Positions 18,032-23,932 of a stretch of 32,000 bases of DNA are shown one piece after another (within the stretch, counting starts at the first letter, position 1; every line of letters starts with the position of its first letter). Below the pieces are notes generated by a model. That model saw only the letters and a program-made list of their open reading frames with translations. It was not told where the DNA came from and searched no databases. The stretch is from Ruminococcus albus 7 = DSM 20455 (GTDB lineage Bacteria; Bacillota; Clostridia; Oscillospirales; Ruminococcaceae): the NCBI RefSeq assembly GCF_000179635.2, contig NC_014833.1:3540001-3572000 (forward strand). Direction: 5' to 3'. The position numbers were made by a program, and so were the translations under genes.

Positions 18032-18304
18032 ATGATAAACGTAAATGTTAAGAACGGCGAGCTTACCGAAGAAGAAAAGCAGGCATATATCTCCAGAGCG
18101 CATGACCTCTATCCCGGTAAGGCTATCGACTCGATAGACATCTCACTTGACGGTGATTACGCTGAGGTAGATTATCATTTCTCCGCTGTTCCTTTCCAGA
18201 GGATAAGGAGAATAACAGGATACCTTGTAGGCACACTTGACCGCTTCAATGATGCTAAGCGCAGTGAAGTCGAGGACAGAGTCAAGCACGGTGTCATCAG
18301 CTAA
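18032..18304 (+). CDS. Stand-alone glycyl-radical-domain protein resembling the C-terminus of anaerobic ribonucleotide reductase NrdD (90 aa)
   Basis: The C-terminal RIRRITGYLVGTLDRFNDAKRSEVEDRVKHG parallels the NrdD radical segment (R-x-x-G-Y-L-G...F-N-x-G-K-x-x-E-v-x-x-R-V-K-H). GAGGA RBS, own promoter and terminator. Confidence 0.7.
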   Translation: MINVNVKNGELTEEEKQAYISRAHDLYPGKAIDSIDISLDGDYAEVDYHFSAVPFQRIRRITGYLVGTLDRFNDAKRSEVEDRVKHGVIS

Positions 18305-18337
18305 GACCTTCAATTTTATTATTTGTTTTTTATTGGC

Positions 18338-18371
18338 AAAAGCCGTTCCGTTAACGTGGAACGGCTTTTTT
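18338..18371 (+). terminator. Rho-independent terminator of the NrdD-like mini-gene
   Basis: AAAAGCCGTTCC-gttaacgt-GGAACGGCTTTTTT. Confidence 0.8.
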
Positions 18372-18436
18372 GTATCTGTATGTATTTTAATGAAATATCG
18401 GGGAAAAATAAAATTGTAAACATTTTATGAACCCTA

Positions 18437-18500
18437 TTGACTTTTGGTAGATAGTGTGCTATATTTAGTTTGTACACAAAACATTGGTATACAAACTAAA
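18437..18500 (+). promoter_or_regulatory. Promoter of the gpx operon, with an overlapping inverted repeat that is the likely OhrR operator
   Basis: TTGACT (18437-18442), 17-nt spacer, TATATT (18460-18465) with TGc upstream. The inverted repeat TTTAGTTTGTA (18464-18474) / TACAAACTAAA (18490-18500) spans the -10 and start region. Confidence 0.55.
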
Positions 18501-18541
18501 ATCAAAAACCTGAATAAATAATATCCAAGGAGGAAAGCACT

Positions 18542-19081
18542 ATGTCGATCTATGAAAACAAACTGAAAATGAGAGATGGAAGCGAGTATAGTCTTGAGGA
18601 ACTGAAAGGCAAGGTCTTGCTGATAGTAAATACAGCCACCGGCTGCGGCTTTACTCCGCAGTATAAAGGTCTGGAGGATCTGTATGAGAACTACCGTGAC
18701 AAGGGTCTGGAGATACTTGATATCCCCTGCGACCAGTTCGGTCATCAGGCACCCGGCGATGACAATGAGATACACGAGTTCTGCACCATGAAGTATGACA
18801 CAAAGTTCCCCAGATTTGCAAAGTCAGAGGTAAACGGTGAAAATGAACTTTCGCTGTACACTTTCCTGAAATCCGAGATGGCTGAGGACAGCGTGAACGG
18901 TCTGAAAAACAAGACCATAATGAAGGGCGTTGAAAAACTCAGCACCACCTGCAAAAATAAAGGCGACATCAAGTGGAATTTCACTAAATTCTTAGTTGAC
19001 CGTCAGGGAAATGTAGTAGGCAGATATTCACCTACCACAAAGCCCGAAGACCTTGAAGAGGAGATCAAGAAATATATATGA
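18542..19081 (+). CDS. gpx: Glutathione peroxidase family protein (Cys-type)
   Basis: LLIVNTATGCGFTPQY active-site motif with a TGC Cys codon, plus IKWNFTKFLVDRQG. AAGGAGGA RBS. Confidence 0.9.
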   Translation: MSIYENKLKMRDGSEYSLEELKGKVLLIVNTATGCGFTPQYKGLEDLYENYRDKGLEILDIPCDQFGHQAPGDDNEIHEFCTMKYDTKFPRFAKSEVNGENELSLYTFLKSEMAEDSVNGLKNKTIMKGVEKLSTTCKNKGDIKWNFTKFLVDRQGNVVGRYSPTTKPEDLEEEIKKYI

Positions 19082-19527
19082 GCGATAAATACGATCCTAT
19101 ACGGCTGAGGAACCAGCTCTGCTATCCACTTTACCTCTGTGCCAAGGAGGTAACACGAAGGTATACACCTATACTGGAAAAACTTGAGCTGACTTATACG
19201 CAATACGTTGTCATGATGTACCTGTGGGAACAGGACGGCTGCACTGTAAATCAGATGAGTTCAGCACTCATGCTCGATCCGAGCACACTGACCCCCCTGC
19301 TGAAAAAGCTTGAAAGCAAGGGCTATATCAGACGTACCCGCAGCGAGACAGATGAGCGCAGCCTGAACATCGTACTGACAGAAACGGGCGATGCTCTTAA
19401 AGATGAAGCACTGTCCGTACCCGAGCAGATGAAATGCTGCATAGGGCTGACCCCCGAGGAAGGCGCTACCTTCTGCGGACTAATAATGAAGATACTGAAA
19501 AATATCGAAGATACAGAAAAGGAGTGA
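19078..19527 (+). CDS. ohrR: MarR-family organic hydroperoxide sensor OhrR
   Basis: The LRNQLCYPLYLCAKEVTRRYTPILEKLELTYTQYVVMMYLWE pattern, including the sensing Cys in the QLC(F/Y)xLY context, resembles B. subtilis OhrR. Its start overlaps the gpx stop (ATGA). Confidence 0.8.
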   Translation: MSDKYDPIRLRNQLCYPLYLCAKEVTRRYTPILEKLELTYTQYVVMMYLWEQDGCTVNQMSSALMLDPSTLTPLLKKLESKGYIRRTRSETDERSLNIVLTETGDALKDEALSVPEQMKCCIGLTPEEGATFCGLIMKILKNIEDTEKE

Positions 19528-19532
19528 CTGTT

Positions 19533-19841
19533 ATGGCAGTAATAAAGGTAACAACAGCAGATTTTGAAAACGTGGTACTGAAGTCCGACAAGCCCGTTCT
19601 TGTTGATTTTAACGCAGACTGGTGCGGTCCCTGCAGAATGCTCGCACCCCTGCTGGAGGAGATCGCAGCTTCAAGAGATGATATCAAGGTAGTCAGCGTC
19701 AACGTTGACGACGAAGGCGAGCTCGCTGCACAGTTCGGTATATCCTCTATACCCTGCATAATAGCATTCAAGGACGGTGCAGAAAAGAAGCGCAGTATCG
19801 GCTTTCGCGGAAAGGAAGCTATCGAAGATATGCTGAGGTGA
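19533..19841 (+). CDS. trxA: Thioredoxin
   Basis: WCGPC active site. ATG at 19533 lies 8 nt after AAAGGAG. The track ORF start at 19434 overlaps ohrR and is unlikely. Confidence 0.9.
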   Translation: MAVIKVTTADFENVVLKSDKPVLVDFNADWCGPCRMLAPLLEEIAASRDDIKVVSVNVDDEGELAAQFGISSIPCIIAFKDGAEKKRSIGFRGKEAIEDMLR

Positions 19842-19845
19842 TATT

Positions 19846-20760
19846 ATGGCTCATGATATCATAATAATAGGCGCAGGTCCTGCAGGTATGACAGCTGCCA
19901 TATACGCAAGACGCGCCAACAAAACCGTGATGCTGCTTGAGGCAGCCGCATTCGGCGGACAGATCATCAACGCACACAAAATAGATAATTATCCTGCTGC
20001 CCCGAATATCTCAGGCTTCGACTTCGCTATGAAGCTTTATGAACAGGCTACCGCACTGGGCGCTGAATTCGTATTTGAAAAGGCTGTGGGTATAGAGGAT
20101 AAGGGCAGCTACAAGCAGGTGAACACTCCCTCAGCCAGCTATCAGGCAGGTGCTGTCATCATCGCAACAGGTTCGGACAAGCGCAAGCTTGGCGTAGCCC
20201 GCGAGGACGAGCTTATAGGCAAAGGCGTAAGCTACTGCGCAGTATGTGACGGCGCATTCTTCCGCGGCAAGACAGTTGCCGTTGCAGGCGGCTCAAGGAT
20301 AGCACTTGAAGATGCGCTGTATCTGACAGATATCGCGGAGAAAGTCTACCTTGTGCATAAGCTGGGCAGCTTCCGCGGAGCAGAGGCTGAGTTTGATAGA
20401 CTGAAAGAGCGCAGTAATGCCGAGATAATACTGAACAGTGATATAACCGAGCTGAAAGGCGAAAACGCACTTGAAAGCATCGAAGTTACTTCACGCGACG
20501 GCAGTGTGCGCGATATAAACGTCAGCGGACTTTTCGTGGCAGTGGGCAGAGTTCCCGAAAATCAGAATTTCGCATCTGTCATTGACCTTGACGAAAAAGG
20601 CTATGCAGCCGCAGGCGAAAACTGCCTTACAAGGACACCCGGCATATTCGTTGCAGGCGATAACCGCGTAAAGGAAGTACGCCAGCTTGTAACAGCTGCT
20701 GCAGACGGTGCTACCGCAGCCACCGCAGCGATAAAATATCTCAACGATAAGAAGGCATAA
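19846..20760 (+). CDS. trxB: Thioredoxin-disulfide reductase
   Basis: GAGPAG FAD motif, CAVCDG redox centre, GGS..ALEDALYL NADPH motif, FVAGD. 304 aa. Confidence 0.9.
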   Translation: MAHDIIIIGAGPAGMTAAIYARRANKTVMLLEAAAFGGQIINAHKIDNYPAAPNISGFDFAMKLYEQATALGAEFVFEKAVGIEDKGSYKQVNTPSASYQAGAVIIATGSDKRKLGVAREDELIGKGVSYCAVCDGAFFRGKTVAVAGGSRIALEDALYLTDIAEKVYLVHKLGSFRGAEAEFDRLKERSNAEIILNSDITELKGENALESIEVTSRDGSVRDINVSGLFVAVGRVPENQNFASVIDLDEKGYAAAGENCLTRTPGIFVAGDNRVKEVRQLVTAAADGATAATAAIKYLNDKKA

Positions 20761-20778
20761 CAATACCTCCTCAAAACG

Positions 20779-20810
20779 GCGGGTGCAGAAGGCTGCATCC
20801 GCTGTTTTTA
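20779..20810 (+). terminator. Rho-independent terminator of the gpx-ohrR-trxA-trxB operon
   Basis: GCGGGTGCAG-aagg-CTGCATCCGC followed by TGTTTTTATTT. Confidence 0.75.
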
Positions 20811-20896
20811 TTTGCAGTGTTCCTCACCATGACCCATTATTTTTATCTGCCGGGTATATAATGAATGAGAAAAGCACATTTTTATCTCAAAGGCTA

Positions 20897-20925
20897 TTGA
20901 CAAGGATATTTCAGCGTGATAAAAT
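20897..20925 (+). promoter_or_regulatory. Candidate sigma-A promoter about 255 nt upstream of the lipid-kinase gene
   Basis: TTGACA (20897-20902), 17-nt spacer, TAAAAT (20920-20925) with TGa upstream. Confidence 0.4.
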
Positions 20926-21018
20926 TAAAATATATAAGAAATATGCATCCGGTATAAAAAGAAATACATGGTTATCCATATAGCACCCCATTACAAAGTG
21001 CTATATAACAATGAATCA

Positions 21019-21125
21019 TCGTGTTGATGTTATCCTCCCCCGCCTGCGGCGGGGAAGGATAACCGCCAAGTGTTTCAAGTACCGATATAATACTAATTAA
21101 TGTGGTGTGTCATCGGGATAATCAT
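21019..21125 (+). repeat. Intergenic repeat element, copy A (~105 bp; GC-rich hairpin 21031-21061 plus a conserved 3' block 21102-21125)
   Basis: Shares CC.CCGCCTGCGG.GGGGAA.GATA..CGCCAAG and GTG.TGTGTCA.CGG.ATAA.CAT with 28331-28437, in the same order, at similar spacing, and on the same strand. Confidence 0.7.
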
Positions 21126-21181
21126 AAAGAAATATTCACATACCGGAACACTTAACAGAAATATATTTTTTGGAGGAACAA

Positions 21182-22183
21182 ATGAAAAAACTGCTATTCG
21201 TATTCAACCCGCTGGCGGGTAAGGGACAGATAAAAAATGAACTTTTCAGCATCGTGGATATTTTTACCAAAGAGGGCTATGATGTGACCGTATACCCTAC
21301 TCAGTGTCCGGGTGACGGCGGACGAAAGATCAGGGAGGACGGCAGCAGCTATGACCTGGTGCTGGCAAGCGGAGGTGACGGTACGCTCTCAGAAGCGGTC
21401 AGCGCTCTGCTCTCACTGGATAAAAAGGTGCCGCTGGGATATATCCCTACGGGCTCAACAAACGATGTGGGTATGTCGCTGGGTCTGCCAAACAAGCCTG
21501 TTGACTGCGCTAACGCTATCGCTAAGGGTGTGTATTTCGATTACGATATAGGTCAGTTCAACGAAGATACCCATTTTGTATACGTGGCAGCCTTCGGTGC
21601 ATTCACTGCAGTATCCTACGAGACCCCACAGGAGTACAAGAACCGTTTCGGTCATGTGGCTTATATCGCAGAAGCCCTCAGGCGTGTCAACTCGATAAGG
21701 GGTTATGACCTTGTCATAGAGCATGACGGCGAAGTGATAGAGGGCAGCTTTGCACTGGGACTTATTTCCAATTCACAAAGTATCGCAGGTATGAAAAATT
21801 TCATACAGGACGGTGTTTGCTACGATGACGGTCTGTTTGAGGTGTGCCTTATTAAGAACCCCAGCAACGCACTGGAGCTGAGCAGCATCCTTGCAGAGGC
21901 TGCCATAAACAAGCTTACAGGTCCGAACTTTGTGACATTCAAGACATCTCATCTGAAAATAAAGAGCAAGCAGCCCCTCGCATGGGCGCTGGACGGCGAA
22001 TCGGGCGGTGTGCATGATGAAGTTGATATAATCAACCTGAAACAGGCTATCCGCCTGAAAATAGGCTTCAATGAGATAGCTGCCGAGCAGGAGTTCGTTA
22101 GAATGCAGGCTCCCGCTGAACATCTGCTGAAGCTTACCGCTGAGGAGTACTTCAAGACCCATGATAGCGACGAAGAAGAATAA
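21182..22183 (+). CDS. Diacylglycerol kinase-family lipid kinase (YegS/DagK type)
   Basis: LFVFNPLAGKG N-terminus, GGDGT motif, and PLGYIPTGSTND. ATG at 21182 follows GGAGGA. Confidence 0.85.
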   Translation: MKKLLFVFNPLAGKGQIKNELFSIVDIFTKEGYDVTVYPTQCPGDGGRKIREDGSSYDLVLASGGDGTLSEAVSALLSLDKKVPLGYIPTGSTNDVGMSLGLPNKPVDCANAIAKGVYFDYDIGQFNEDTHFVYVAAFGAFTAVSYETPQEYKNRFGHVAYIAEALRRVNSIRGYDLVIEHDGEVIEGSFALGLISNSQSIAGMKNFIQDGVCYDDGLFEVCLIKNPSNALELSSILAEAAINKLTGPNFVTFKTSHLKIKSKQPLAWALDGESGGVHDEVDIINLKQAIRLKIGFNEIAAEQEFVRMQAPAEHLLKLTAEEYFKTHDSDEEE

Positions 22184-22240
22184 CTATAAATAATTCAGCC
22201 CCCGGACGTTATAAGGGCGGCGCTGATATAGAAGTTTTAT

Positions 22241-22287
22241 GCCATAGTATTTCTGATGCAAAGTCAGAAGTACTATGGCGTTTCTAT
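22241..22287 (+). terminator. Terminator hairpin after the lipid-kinase gene
   Basis: 16-bp stem GCCATAGTATTTCTGA / TCAGAAGTACTATGGC (one G-U pair) followed by GTTTCTATT. Confidence 0.6.
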
Positions 22288-22315
22288 TGACAGTGCATAG
22301 ATGACGTGCTATAAT
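22287..22315 (+). promoter_or_regulatory. Consensus sigma-A promoter of the small lipoprotein gene
   Basis: TTGACA (22287-22292), 17-nt spacer, TATAAT (22310-22315), with TGc upstream of the -10. Confidence 0.65.
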
Positions 22316-22381
22316 GGTAACTAACATCGGAATATATCGTTTTTTCTCATAGATATGATAAGATCAGAAAGAAGGATTTAT

Positions 22382-22708
22382 ATGCTATTTTCTAACAGAC
22401 TTGTCAAGTATTTCATAATCGTTTTTACCGCAGCAATGATGACTTATCTTGTAGGTTGTAACGATGTAAAATACGAGAAAGAATATAAAAGCGAATCTCC
22501 ATCGGGAGAGAAAACGGTTACAGTTAAAGTCGATTATGTTAGCCGTCCGGATGTGTTTTACAACGATGAATGTATTTTTAAATATGACGGCTCAGGCTTT
22601 TCTGAAACGGTATACTGGAACGTAGAGTGGCTATCTGAGAATGAGATCAGATTGTACCTTGATAGCTATAACGAAGAAGATTACAGTATAGAGATTCCTG
22701 ATGAATGA
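22382..22708 (+). CDS. Small lipoprotein of unknown function (108 aa)
   Basis: Signal peptide with lipobox (TAAMMTYLVGC). ATG at 22382 follows GAAGGA. I recognised no family. Confidence 0.55.
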   Translation: MLFSNRLVKYFIIVFTAAMMTYLVGCNDVKYEKEYKSESPSGEKTVTVKVDYVSRPDVFYNDECIFKYDGSGFSETVYWNVEWLSENEIRLYLDSYNEEDYSIEIPDE

Positions 22709-22862
22709 TATTCAGAATTTAATATTGGGAGAATCCTGTTCTGTGCGGGCACGCACAAATTCTAATTTATCTTAGCAGTTGTATAAAATACAATGAAGTG
22801 CTTCGGGGCAAAACTTCTATATGAGTATCTTTCTTAAACATCCGGGGGCTTTGTTGTCATGT

Positions 22863-23579
22863 TCAGCCGTCAAGGTGATATATCCTGTTCATCTCCTCAG
22901 AAAGTCCTCCGTCCTTGGAGCGTACATACAGTGGCTTTTCTATCTGTATAAAGTTATTGCCGCCCATACGACCCTCTACGAGGATAAGCCAGGGCGCACA
23001 ATCGGGATTTTTATGTACCGTCCGCATACGTTTGGGTTCGATGCCATTCGATCGCATGGCTGTCATTATATCGCATAGCCTTTCAGGGCGGTTGCATATA
23101 CAGATCCTGCCGCCGTATCTAAGATTCATTTTGGCAGCCCTGCAAACATCCTCAACGGTACACAGCATCTCATGCCGCGCGATGGATACAGCTTCGCTGT
23201 CATTTTTTTCACCCGTGTTGTTGATCTTATATGGAGGATTGCAGGTGATCAGGTCTATTGGCTTTGGCGCACGCCAGTTTTTAAGGTCACCGAGTACGGG
23301 TACTATATCATCTATCTTTGATCTTTCTAGGGATACTTTCAGCTGCTCATGAGCCTTTTCCTGTATCTCAAGGGCATATGTCAGCTTCGGACGGTAATTT
23401 TTATGCAGCAGCAGTGCTATTATGCCGCTGCCCGTACAGAAGTCTGCACAGATATCCTTGTGTCTTGCACCGGCAAAATCAGCCAGCAAAAAAGCATCAG
23501 TACCAAAGCGATGCTCATCTGATATACATATCTCTATACCGTCACCGAGGGATTCAAAAGAAAAGTCATTATACTGCAT
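22863..23579 (-). CDS. tRNA (adenine-N6)-methyltransferase (TrmN6/YfiC-like SAM-dependent MTase)
   Basis: SAM motif DFCTGSGIIALLL and catalytic ITCNPPY. 238 aa, a typical length. Confidence 0.75.
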   Translation of the reverse strand: MQYNDFSFESLGDGIEICISDEHRFGTDAFLLADFAGARHKDICADFCTGSGIIALLLHKNYRPKLTYALEIQEKAHEQLKVSLERSKIDDIVPVLGDLKNWRAPKPIDLITCNPPYKINNTGEKNDSEAVSIARHEMLCTVEDVCRAAKMNLRYGGRICICNRPERLCDIMTAMRSNGIEPKRMRTVHKNPDCAPWLILVEGRMGGNNFIQIEKPLYVRSKDGGLSEEMNRIYHLDG

Positions 23580-23609
23580 GGGATCTTCCTTTCAGGATAT
23601 TATAGAAAT

Positions 23610-23638
23610 ATAATACCATGTTTTTGCCCCGCTGTCAA
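23610..23638 (-). promoter_or_regulatory. Sigma-A promoter of the methyltransferase gene
   Basis: Minus strand: TTGACA (23638-23633), 17-nt spacer, TATTAT (23615-23610) with TGg upstream. About 30 nt upstream of the ATG. Confidence 0.5.
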
Positions 23639-23735
23639 ATCATCCCCCTAATCATAATGCAGATAATTATACAGAGTATTTATGATAACCACCGGAGGAA
23701 ACCTTTCCAAAGACTTCTATTTGGCAGGGCACAGC

Positions 23736-23774
23736 AAAAAGCAGACATTCTCTGTTCTTTGAGAGAATGTCTGC
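23736..23774 (-). terminator. Rho-independent terminator of adhE
   Basis: 13-bp stem GCAGACATTCTCT / AGAGAATGTCTGC. On the minus strand it is followed by TTTTT. An outer 10-bp pairing (23717-23726 with 23778-23787) could extend the structure. Confidence 0.7.
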
Positions 23775-23932
23775 CCATGCCAAATAGAGTTAAAAGTTTT
23801 CAGAAAGGAGTTCAGCATCAGCGAAGCTGACACTTAGGAATAGCCCTTTTTCAAAAGGTTTTCCCCTCAATAACGATCACAAATGTTCTGTACAGATACC
23901 CGCCTTATGATGCCGGGCTTGGGATCGTTTTA

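Noticed and set aside
18590-18680. Possible selenocysteine (TGA recoding) in the glutathione peroxidase active site
   Set aside because: The catalytic residue in TATGCGFT is encoded by TGC (Cys). There is no in-frame TGA and no need for a SECIS element.
20783-20983. 66-aa ORF downstream of trxB
   Set aside because: It starts inside the trxB terminator and has no RBS. It is better explained as non-coding sequence that contains a promoter (20897-20925).
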